A stretch of 32,000 nucleotides of DNA from Acaryochloris marina MBIC11017 (GCF_000018105.1 NC_009925.1:4860001-4892000); one strand, 5' to 3'. Numbered from the stretch's first letter, positions 12,077 to 20,198 are shown. Translations and numbers: made by a program. The notes: generated by a model from the sequence alone, not told the origin.

Positions 12077-13206
12077 AGAACACAAAAACGATATTATTTA
12101 TAATCACAAACTTTGATAGAAATGGAGCGCAAGTCATACTCTATAATATCTTGTCCAAAATAGATCGCTCACTTTTTAGGCCAATTGTTATTTCTTTAAT
12201 GAGTACCTCTGATTTCAATAATCAATTTCAAGAATTAGAAATCCCCATATATGCATTAGGGATGCAACAAAGACTTCCCAATATAACTCACTTTTCTAAA
12301 TTAGTTTCAATTATCAAAAAACATCAGCCAGATATCATCCAAGGGTGGATGTACCATGGCAATATTGCTAGCTGTTTTGCCTCTTTATTCTGTTCTCACT
12401 CACCTCCAGTAATATGGAGTATCCACCACTCAATAAATGAACTCTCAGCTGAGAAATTACTCACTCGACTCTTGATCAGAATGGGAACCTTACTTTCTTC
12501 GTTTACCAGAGAAATAGCTTATGTTTCCAAAACGAGTCAAGAGCAGCATGAAAAACTAGGATATGCGACTCAAAAAAGTTGTGTTATACCCAACGGCTTT
12601 GATACTTCGCTATTTGTCCCTTCTGCTGAAAAAAGGAACGCTTTTAGAAATGAACTTAACTTAACAGAAGCAGAGACTGTGATTGGTATCGCTGCCCGAT
12701 ACCATCCTATGAAGGATCATCATAATTTTCTTACGGCTGCAGCGCTACTTGTCCCAAAATTTCCTAACGTCCATTTTGTCCTTGTGGGGGATGGAGTAGA
12801 TGAATCCAACACAACCTTAACTGAATTAGTCAAAACAGCAAGACTTCAACAGCATGTTCATTTGCTTGGCAAGCGAATAGACATGCCAAATATTTTCGCA
12901 GCCTTAGATATATTGACCTCTGCTTCTGCATATGGGGAGGCTTTTCCATTAGTCGTTGGTGAAGCGATGTCTTGCCAAGTGACCTGTGTGGTAACAGATG
13001 TTGGAGACTCAGCTTTTCTAGTTGGGGATACGGGGATAGTGGTACCAACTAAAGATCCTGAATCCCTAGCGAATTCTTGGAGTACATTAATCACACGAAC
13101 TCCCGAGCAGAGATTTCTGATGGGAAAAGCCGCCAGACAAAGAATTCTTGACTCTTTTTCATTAGAGTCAATTGTGAAACAGTATGAGGGCATGTATGTA
13201 AGCTGA
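12073..13206 (+). CDS. Glycosyltransferase family 4
   Basis: 377 aa with a GTG start overlapping the upstream stop (GTGA). GT4 C-terminal signature: ARYHPMKDH...ILTSASAYGEAFPLVVGEAMSCQVTCVVTDVGD. Confidence 0.85.
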   Translation: MKNTKTILFIITNFDRNGAQVILYNILSKIDRSLFRPIVISLMSTSDFNNQFQELEIPIYALGMQQRLPNITHFSKLVSIIKKHQPDIIQGWMYHGNIASCFASLFCSHSPPVIWSIHHSINELSAEKLLTRLLIRMGTLLSSFTREIAYVSKTSQEQHEKLGYATQKSCVIPNGFDTSLFVPSAEKRNAFRNELNLTEAETVIGIAARYHPMKDHHNFLTAAALLVPKFPNVHFVLVGDGVDESNTTLTELVKTARLQQHVHLLGKRIDMPNIFAALDILTSASAYGEAFPLVVGEAMSCQVTCVVTDVGDSAFLVGDTGIVVPTKDPESLANSWSTLITRTPEQRFLMGKAARQRILDSFSLESIVKQYEGMYVS

Positions 13207-13323
13207 GAGTATACCTATGGCCAAAATCTCTCAAGATTGAAGACCTCATAGAAAATTTACGCCTGGCCGGAAGGATAGTTTTCCCATCGCTGTAGAGATG
13301 AAACTATCAAATTATCTCAACCC

Positions 13324-14931
13324 TCATGAGGCAAGGGATGAAATAATGGCAATGACGCGATCCAAATCTGCATCTGTCATGCCAGAACCAGACGGCAAGC
13401 AAATACCATTATTAAACAAATCTTCGGACACTGTACCGCCAATATGGTCGCATTGAGCAAACAGTGGCTGCAGGTGCAAAGGTTTCCAAACGGGTCGGGA
13501 CTCAATTTGATGATCCCGTAGAGCTTCTTGGACCCTATTTCGGCTCACTCCAAATTTGCGAGGGTCAATCAGCATACAGGATAACCAGTGCGTTGCCCGT
13601 CCGAAAGTGGGCTCCGGCATTAAGGTTAACCCAGGTAATGACCCCAGATCTTGAAGATATCGATGATAGATGCGACGTCGGGCAGCGACTTTTTTGGATA
13701 AGAGCCTGAGTTGGCCCCGACCTATACCCGCTAAGACATTACTAAGACGATAGTTATATCCCAAGTGGGAATGTTGGTAATGAGGAGCTATATCTCTGGC
13801 TTGTGTCGACAAGAAACGAGCTTTGGCAATTAACGTGGCATCTTCTGAAACCAACATTCCTCCACCAGAAGTAGTGATAATTTTATTGCCATTAAAAGAG
13901 AACACTCCCAGTCGGCCAAAGGTGCCCGTAGCTTTGCCCTGATAGGTTGCTCCCAGAGATTCAGCAGCATCCTCAATCAGGGGAATATCGTACTCATTGC
14001 AGAGTTCTAAAATCGGTCCAAGATCCGCACTTTGACCGTATAAATGGACTAAGACAACGGCCTTTGGTAATTTACCTAGGCGAGCTCGCTGTCTTAAGGC
14101 CTGCGAGAGTAAGTTAGGATCCATATTCCAGGAGGTGCGTTCGCTGTCTATAAAAACAGGCACTGCCCCTTGATACAGAATCGGATTCGCGCTAGCAACA
14201 AAGGTTAGCGTCGAACAAAATACTTCGTCACCCGGTTCAACGCCTACCAGCTGCAACGCTAGATGTATGCCAGCCGTACCTGAACTCAGGGCTGCTGCAT
14301 GGGAAATTCCCACTGCTTCACTAAATTCCTGTTCAAAGGCATCTAAATGTGGCCCTGCAGGCGCAATCCAATTGGTTTCAAACGCATTCACCACAAAGCC
14401 CAACTCATCTGTACCCAAATGTGGTGGAGATAGAAGAATTGGGGGTGCTGTTTTTTGGATATCAAGGTCTGAATGGTCAGCAATATTAGGTTCGCTGGTA
14501 TCGGGAGTTCTATTATCTGAGGTTTCAGATTGAAAGTGTTGCAAGAAAAAGTTAACGGTATCTTGCTGAATCCAACCTTTTCGCACAGAAATTTCCCCAA
14601 ATTTGAGATCAGACTGCTCCTGAACTTGGAGAATTTCAGAAATTTGACGTTCATCTAGTAGATCAGCTGCTTGCAGATATTGTCCAATAGGCTGATAAGC
14701 AGATTGTGTTAGGAGTTGTGGAAATTTATCTACAAAAAAATGGATGGTGGACGTTTTTAAGGTACCTTGCGAAGCTAGAATTTCGCCAATTTTGAGATTG
14801 TTGCATTCTGCCTGCGTTTGCAACGCTTTTTCAAGCTGCTGAGTAGAAACTAAGCCCGCTTTTTTGAGAATAGATCCTAATGGTTTGAATGGAGTTTTAG
14901 TGATAGAGCGATCTAAAGGAGTATGTAACAT
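13324..14931 (-). CDS. DegT/DnrJ/EryC1/StrS-family sugar aminotransferase with an N-terminal tandem MshEN/T2SSE_N-like domain pair
   Basis: From about aa 165 (counted from the ATG at 14931) to the end it is a typical PLP sugar aminotransferase: HAAALSSGTAGIHLAL, LIEDAAESLGA, and SFNGNKIITTSGGGML with the Schiff-base Lys. Residues 17-133 are an internal duplication with a period of about 64 aa. The ORF track starts at the GTG at 14973; I prefer the ATG at 14931 (MLHTPLDRS). Confidence 0.85.
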   Translation of the reverse strand: MLHTPLDRSITKTPFKPLGSILKKAGLVSTQQLEKALQTQAECNNLKIGEILASQGTLKTSTIHFFVDKFPQLLTQSAYQPIGQYLQAADLLDERQISEILQVQEQSDLKFGEISVRKGWIQQDTVNFFLQHFQSETSDNRTPDTSEPNIADHSDLDIQKTAPPILLSPPHLGTDELGFVVNAFETNWIAPAGPHLDAFEQEFSEAVGISHAAALSSGTAGIHLALQLVGVEPGDEVFCSTLTFVASANPILYQGAVPVFIDSERTSWNMDPNLLSQALRQRARLGKLPKAVVLVHLYGQSADLGPILELCNEYDIPLIEDAAESLGATYQGKATGTFGRLGVFSFNGNKIITTSGGGMLVSEDATLIAKARFLSTQARDIAPHYQHSHLGYNYRLSNVLAGIGRGQLRLLSKKVAARRRIYHRYLQDLGSLPGLTLMPEPTFGRATHWLSCMLIDPRKFGVSRNRVQEALRDHQIESRPVWKPLHLQPLFAQCDHIGGTVSEDLFNNGICLPSGSGMTDADLDRVIAIISSLAS

Positions 14932-15193
14932 CGATTTAGCAATCTCATGAAGGAAATGAACATGGACGCACACGAGAAACTAATTTAGAACTGGGAATCC
15001 CATGAGACTTGAACAAAAGATTTCGCCATTAATGCACTCAATCTTCGTGAAGTCCTTTTAGTGCATTATTTTGGCTAGGTGATCTAGCCTACATAGTCAC
15101 TGTTCTAAATTTTAGATATCTTGAGGAGCTGATATTGAGTGACATAAGAGGCTCTCACTCAGAAAAGACCGCACTCAAATGCCTTGTGACACT

Positions 15194-15225
15194 TCACTCC
15201 GCTTGAATGACCGATGCTCACTCCG
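15194..15225 (+). repeat. Direct repeat TCACTCCG x2, 24 bp apart, within a cluster of four CACTC motifs
   Basis: TCACTCCG occurs at 15194..15201 and 15218..15225. CACTC also occurs at 15156 and 15172. TGAGTGA (15136..15142) and TCACTCA (15155..15161) form a 7-bp inverted repeat. Confidence 0.6.
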
Positions 15226-16177
15226 TAACGACAGTAAGGATATGAGCAAGGGGGATGATTAGAATGTTTGAACTAGTTGCGTCACCAAAACCATCACCCC
15301 CCAGAATTGTTGATGTAAAGAATAAGTTGGACGCTTTTTTATTTCAAGTCTTGTGGAAATATGAAGTATCCTAAATCAAATCTACCATAATCTTTGTGTT
15401 CCTTGGCACAAGAAACTGTGCTTTCGTCACCAAGATTTACTAATGAGCATCTAACTATCTGTTTTAGGGCAAAAAATGGATGTAGATTTTTTTGTACTGA
15501 AAAGTGGTTTTATTTCAGGATCAAAATTTAATCTATACAGAATTACATGTACATATTTTTTTAAGATCAAGTAAAATACCTAATAAGCTTAAAATACCTA
15601 CGGCTAGCACTAAAAATACTCAACACGATTGTTGAGATAGCCAAATTTGTAATATGAATAGCTATTTATATAACTATCACCCTAGTTATATCCTCAAAAA
15701 AGTAAGATTTTTTTGGTCGGAATTATTATTGAATTTAGAGATGTGATATGAAAATGATCTAATTTGAAATAAACTCGTTAATACACTCTAATAATATATC
15801 TTGAAAATAAAATTCATGAGAAGCTGAATGTCAAAATCATCTATCTATTAGAAAATAAGATTTATTTAATGGTTAGTAAATGAAATTATGTGCATTCTTC
15901 TTATACTCATTTACCATTTGTACTAATACCGTTCTAGGCGATGAGGTTTTACTCAGACGACTAAAAATAAAGACTTATAAAAATAGTGGTATTCCAATTC
16001 CCCGTAGGACTTCATACAATTTACCTCTTCCATTTGGAATGAATATGTAGCAGGTATCATTATTAGATTGTCAATGCCTTATACTTGTAAGATAAGAATC
16101 CATAAAGTCAGCAGATGTGAAAATCAAGTTAGTAAGACCAATGATTACTATAAAATAGTGGAGGGAAGACCATACAA

Positions 16178-16198
16178 ATTTTGAATACTATTCAAAAT
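16178..16198. repeat. Perfect 9-3-9 inverted repeat ATTTTGAAT-ACT-ATTCAAAAT
   Basis: Read directly. The arm 16178..16186 is the exact reverse complement of 16190..16198. Confidence 0.85.
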
Positions 16199-16287
16199 GT
16201 ATTTAATACAAGAGATATGTCAGCTTCTATAACGATAAATCTCACTATGCTTAGGTTAATTGGATAACTAACTTAGTAAGTCTGAAT

Positions 16288-16299
16288 ACTCTTAAGAGT
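16288..16299. repeat. Perfect 12-bp palindrome ACTCTTAAGAGT
   Basis: Read directly. TGAATACT, which immediately precedes it, also occurs at 16182..16189 inside the 9-3-9 repeat. Confidence 0.85.
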
Positions 16300-16339
16300 G
16301 AACTTGGATAAATATGAAATAAGCAATCAACTGCCTTTT

Positions 16340-16355
16340 TGTAACTAGCAATACA
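16340..16355. promoter_or_regulatory. Candidate NtcA-type site TGTA-N8-TACA
   Basis: The sequence is tGTAactagcaaTACa, an exact match to the extended NtcA consensus. It lies about 355 nt upstream of the wzc-like start. There is no good TAN3T -10 box at the canonical ~22-nt spacing; the nearest candidate is CAAAAT, 18 nt downstream. Confidence 0.25.
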
Positions 16356-16711
16356 ATTGAGATTCAATTCAGCAAAATCTTGGAACAGTCGCTATGGTTT
16401 CTTTGAGAGTAAAATATCCCGAGCGAGTTCAGGAACAACTACTTCACTTCTAATACTAAGATGACAGAGTCAATAGAATTTTATTGATGAATGATAGTGA
16501 TCAAGTCCAGCATAAATATCATCTATATTGGGACATGCATTCTCTTGAATGCTTTATCTGACTAACTAATGATTGAGCATCAGCTTAAACATGTATAAGT
16601 AAATATATCCGCTTTTTTAAAAGCTAGATAAAAATAAGAGTTAGAGCTGAGGAATTAGAAAATTATTAATGTCTTTTTCTACATTTTTTTGCACAATAGG
16701 AGTTGGCATCA

Positions 16712-19324
16712 GTGTTAGCCTCCCAAATCAGTAAATCAAGGAAATTTAGGCTAATCCTTCAACGCCATTGGCTACCATCTTCAGTAGCGTTCACTTTGGT
16801 GCTAACCCTCGGAACACTCGCAATAAAGTTGCTGTACCAGCCTCTCTATGTCGCTGAGGGCCAATTGCGATTTACAAAAGTGAACCCCATTTCTAAACTC
16901 ACTACATTAGGTACCGAAATTGGGAATTTAGATCCCCTTGATTTAGAGGGCAGGCCCCTGGAGACCGAATCTGCTGTCATCCAGTCCACGCCCCTTCTGC
17001 AAACAACCTTAAACAAACTAAGTACCCAGGAGGATATCGATTACTCACTAGATCTCAAAGGTTTTCGGCAAAATTTTGTTATTTCAGATGTAAAGGGAAC
17101 AGATATTCTCCGAATTACCTATAAATCCATTAATTCTGAGCATGCTGCTGCTGCAGTCAATCTACTCATGCAGGTTTATCTTGAAAACCATCTTCAAGAC
17201 AATCGCAATTCTATTGAGACTGCTAGTAAATTTATCTCAGAACGAATTCCTCAATCAGAAAAGACTGTTCAAAATGCTGAAAGAGCACTCCGACAATTTA
17301 AGCAGAAAAATCAGATTGTAGATCTTAGTAACCGGGAGCAAGATGCCGAAGCAAAAATTGCTGAATTACAAGGAAAAATCAGTGACGCCCAAGCTCAAAT
17401 TGCACAACTCCAAACTGAAGCCAATGTACTAAGTAATCAATTGGGCATGACGCCGCAACAAGCCATGGCAGCAGTTAGCCTAAGCCAATCTGCCGAGATT
17501 CGCGATGTGCTCACCCAGTTACAACAAACTGAGTCTCAGCTCGCCCTACAGACTAACCAGCTTACGGCTACTCACCCTACGGTTCTTGGTTTAGCCCGGG
17601 ATGTAAACAAATTAAAAGCTCTATTCCAACAACGTGCTGAGAAAATACTGGGGACAAAAGTAGCCGCCCCTGAATCCTTGATTGGTTCCCTGCAAGAAGA
17701 GTTGACTGCTGATCTCGTCAAATTAGAGGCTCAAAGACAGGGATTAGTCAGTCAGGTCATTGCCCAATCAAACACTTTAGAATCCTATAAACAACAACTC
17801 AACATTTTCCCTGGCTTGGCAGAAAAGCAGCGAGAATTAGAGCGAAAACTAGAGGCAGCACAGTCTACCTATGCTTTACTCTTACAAAAACAGCAAGAGA
17901 TTTTAGCTGAGGCAAATCAAACAGTAGGGAATGCGAGAGTTTTGGTACCAGCCCAAATTCCAAAGTCGCCAGTTACGCCGAATCAAGCAGACTATTTAGC
18001 AACCGGATTATTAGGGGTGTTAGCCTTCTTTGCTACTGCCTACATATTGGAAACTCTGGATAAATCCATTCGGACTGTCGAAGACGCCGTTCATCAATTT
18101 GAGTATCCTCTATTGGGGGTCATTCCCGCGTTCGGGAATTCTAATAATTCACTATTTTACGATGGGGGATTACAACAGTTAGCTCCTAAACTTTTCCTCA
18201 GAGATTTTCCTGATTCACCAGTCAGTAACGCCTTTCGAATGCTACAAGTTAGCCTAAAATCGGTACAAACGGGTCGCCATTGCCAAACTTTAGTGGTGAC
18301 GAGTACATCACCCCAAGAGGGTAAATCAACGGTGGTCGCAAATTTGGCTATGGCCCTTGCCCAGGCAGGAAATCAAGTTCTGGTTGTCGACGGTAATCTT
18401 CGAAATCCGTTTCAAGACCGTATGTGGGATGTCCTGAATGAATTCGGTTTAAGCAATGTCTTGTTTGGACAAGCTGATTTAGATTCAGCGACTCAATCGG
18501 TCACTGCCCATGTGGATGTGATGACAGCGGGTAATCTTCATGCCAATGCCATGGGGACCTTAGAATCCAAACACATGACTGTAATGCTAAATGCAGCAAA
18601 GTCCATTTATAACTACATTCTAATTGATGCGCCTTCGTTAAATTCAGCTGCAGATGTATCCATTTTGGGAGGGCAAGCGGATGGCATTGTGATTGTGGTT
18701 AAACCTGGTATTGCTAACCTTCCTAATATAGCTGCCGCAAAAGAGCTATTGATGCGTTCTGGGCAACGAGTCACGGGGCTAATTATCAATGGGGCTTTAT
18801 CACAGGATCAACCCTATGGAGACTTCCAAGTTCACCCCATGAACGGTCAGGTGCCCCCCCAACCATTGCCAACCCCATCCCCTAGTATTTCGTTCAATCA
18901 AAATCCTTTCCCCAATTACACCCCTGAAGCCCCATCGCAGGTTTTAGTGCAGTCGAATGGCCCAACCCCAGAAGAACTCCCGTTGCGGGATTTGCAAGAT
19001 CAAGTTGAACATTTGCGGGCAGTCTGGATTCGATCGGTTCAGTTTGTAGATGAACAAGAAGAAGAGCTTGTTCAACTGCACCATACAGTGTCTGACCTAC
19101 AAGAGCAGATCCGCGACGCAGGAGGTTACTCCCACAGTTCTTCGGCAGCGACGGATCTGATTCGGTTAGAACTTCGGTTGGCCCATGAAAAAGAACGGTT
19201 ACGCTTGTTTGAAAAAACTTTGGCTGGGCAACGGCAACGTTTACAGTCCCAGCAGGCGGTTTTTCAACATCACCTAGGACTACTTCAGCGACGTATAAAA
19301 CGGATTGTAGGCCATCTCGATTAG
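16712..19324 (+). CDS. Wzc-like polysaccharide co-polymerase (PCP-2a) with BY-kinase-type P-loop ATPase domain and an atypical C-terminal tail
   Basis: N-terminal TM helix, then a long coiled-coil periplasmic region and the GNVR-type motif (TVGNARVLVPAQ). A second TM helix follows (LATGLLGVLAFFATAYIL). The ATPase motifs are Walker A TSPQEGKST, A-prime VLVVDGNLRNP and Walker B YILIDAPS. The ORF opens at TTG 16703, but the GTG at 16712 sits 9 nt after AGGAG (16698..16702), so I prefer it. Confidence 0.85.
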   Translation: MLASQISKSRKFRLILQRHWLPSSVAFTLVLTLGTLAIKLLYQPLYVAEGQLRFTKVNPISKLTTLGTEIGNLDPLDLEGRPLETESAVIQSTPLLQTTLNKLSTQEDIDYSLDLKGFRQNFVISDVKGTDILRITYKSINSEHAAAAVNLLMQVYLENHLQDNRNSIETASKFISERIPQSEKTVQNAERALRQFKQKNQIVDLSNREQDAEAKIAELQGKISDAQAQIAQLQTEANVLSNQLGMTPQQAMAAVSLSQSAEIRDVLTQLQQTESQLALQTNQLTATHPTVLGLARDVNKLKALFQQRAEKILGTKVAAPESLIGSLQEELTADLVKLEAQRQGLVSQVIAQSNTLESYKQQLNIFPGLAEKQRELERKLEAAQSTYALLLQKQQEILAEANQTVGNARVLVPAQIPKSPVTPNQADYLATGLLGVLAFFATAYILETLDKSIRTVEDAVHQFEYPLLGVIPAFGNSNNSLFYDGGLQQLAPKLFLRDFPDSPVSNAFRMLQVSLKSVQTGRHCQTLVVTSTSPQEGKSTVVANLAMALAQAGNQVLVVDGNLRNPFQDRMWDVLNEFGLSNVLFGQADLDSATQSVTAHVDVMTAGNLHANAMGTLESKHMTVMLNAAKSIYNYILIDAPSLNSAADVSILGGQADGIVIVVKPGIANLPNIAAAKELLMRSGQRVTGLIINGALSQDQPYGDFQVHPMNGQVPPQPLPTPSPSISFNQNPFPNYTPEAPSQVLVQSNGPTPEELPLRDLQDQVEHLRAVWIRSVQFVDEQEEELVQLHHTVSDLQEQIRDAGGYSHSSSAATDLIRLELRLAHEKERLRLFEKTLAGQRQRLQSQQAVFQHHLGLLQRRIKRIVGHLD

Positions 19325-19365
19325 ATATCAGCATTTTTGGGTAACGGCTATATCTTAAGAGAACA

Positions 19366-19677
19366 CTAGGCTGAAGCGCTGAGGCTACCTAAAACAGACG
19401 CTAATAAACCAGGGAATAGGTTATCAAGTTCTTCTCGCCGCAGAGAATTAAGATGTTGAGTCCCTTCTTTGCGCGAATAAATCACACCGGACTCCCGCAA
19501 AATTTTGAAATGATGGGAGAGGGTGGACTTAGCAATTTCACAATCGAAGGCATTGCAGGTCAATTCACCTGAGGCGGCCAGTTGATTCACAATATCTAAT
19601 CGCACTGGATCTCCCAAGGCGTATAACACTGCCGCCAAGGAGATTTGCTGCGGTTCTGGGTGGAACAAAATTTTCAT
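19366..19677 (-). CDS. ArsR/SmtB-family winged-helix transcriptional regulator
   Basis: 103 aa with LGDPVRLDIVNQL...ELTCNAFDCEIAKSTLSHHFKILRESGVI, which is the ArsR HTH. A CxxxxC pair sits at the alpha3 position, where the R773 ArsR has CVCDLC. It is divergent from trxA. Confidence 0.85.
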   Translation of the reverse strand: MKILFHPEPQQISLAAVLYALGDPVRLDIVNQLAASGELTCNAFDCEIAKSTLSHHFKILRESGVIYSRKEGTQHLNSLRREELDNLFPGLLASVLGSLSASA

Positions 19678-19711
19678 AGTTGCATTATGCCATGGGATGA
19701 TTTATATTTTA

Positions 19712-19742
19712 ATTGTTCGAGATTCTCGAATATACGAACAAT
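19712..19742. promoter_or_regulatory. Nested inverted repeats in the arsR-like/trxA divergent intergenic region (candidate operator)
   Basis: TTCGAGA-T-TCTCGAA occupies 19716..19730 (7-1-7). ATTGTTCG (19712..19719) is the reverse complement of CGAACAAT (19735..19742). The element lies just upstream of the trxA Shine-Dalgarno AAGGAGG (19743..19749). Confidence 0.45.
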
Positions 19743-19756
19743 AAGGAGGCCCCATT

Positions 19757-20080
19757 ATGTCTTCTACTACTGCTATCAATGACACCACCTTTACTGCAGA
19801 GGTGCTTGAGAGCCAGCAACCCGTTCTCGTCGATTTTTGGGCCCCTTGGTGTGGGCCTTGCCGTATGGTCGGTCCCATCGTTGATGACATCGCTGCGGAC
19901 TACCAAGATCAAGTCAAAGTCGTTAAGTTCAATGTGGATGAGAGCAGTGATGTTGCCAGCCGATATGGCATTCGTAGCATTCCAACGCTGATCGTCTTTA
20001 AGGAAGGCCAACCCGTTGAAACGCTGGTAGGGGCATCTCCTAAAGCAACCTTGGTTGAATCCTTAGACAAACATTTGTAA
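19757..20080 (+). CDS. trxA: Thioredoxin
   Basis: 107 aa with the WAPWCGPC active site, the IRSIPTL cis-Pro loop, canonical length, and a strong AAGGAGG RBS. Confidence 0.95.
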   Translation: MSSTTAINDTTFTAEVLESQQPVLVDFWAPWCGPCRMVGPIVDDIAADYQDQVKVVKFNVDESSDVASRYGIRSIPTLIVFKEGQPVETLVGASPKATLVESLDKHL

Positions 20081-20102
20081 GACGCCTGATTTTTCGTTCC
20101 TG

Positions 20103-20141
20103 ACGGTAAGGCGAAGCGCGCGCCGCCTTACCGTTTACTTT
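20103..20141 (+). terminator. Intrinsic-terminator-like hairpin after trxA
   Basis: ACGGTAAGGCG (20103..20113) pairs perfectly with CGCCTTACCGT (20124..20134), giving an 11-bp GC-rich stem. It is followed by TTACTTTG. Confidence 0.5.
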
Positions 20142-20198
20142 GTCCTGCTTGGCAGGCAAGTTCAGTTCTTATACTCCAAACCAACAGGGAGAGTTCCA

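Larger units (their letters stand above)
14932..16711. other. About 1.8 kb ORF-free, very AT-rich divergent intergenic region
   Basis: No six-frame track ORF lies wholly inside this interval; only the 14-codon GTG-start extension of ORF 13324..14973 and the first three codons of ORF 16703..19324 reach into its ends. My hand count for 15781..15840 gives 14 G+C out of 60, against 29 out of 60 for 26041..26100 inside shc. The region contains several perfect palindromes and short direct repeats, listed separately. Confidence 0.9.

Noticed and set aside
15264-15374. 36-codon ORF (MFELVASPKPSPPRIVDVKNKLDAFLFQVLWKYEVS) with a GGGGA motif 8 nt upstream, inside the AT-rich spacer
   Set aside because: It is too short and featureless to support from sequence alone, and many similar short ORFs arise by chance. 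It is only worth revisiting if ribosome profiling or conservation supports it.
6487-19324. Mobile-element boundaries (integrase, transposase, tRNA target, direct repeats) for the AT-rich island
   Set aside because: I looked at both edges and found none. The island call rests only on composition and HIP1 absence.
18894-19334. 146-aa minus-strand ORF antisense to the 3-prime end of the wzc-like gene
   Set aside because: It lies entirely within the long wzc ORF, whose reading frame is continuous with the conserved ATPase domain. The antisense product has no features.
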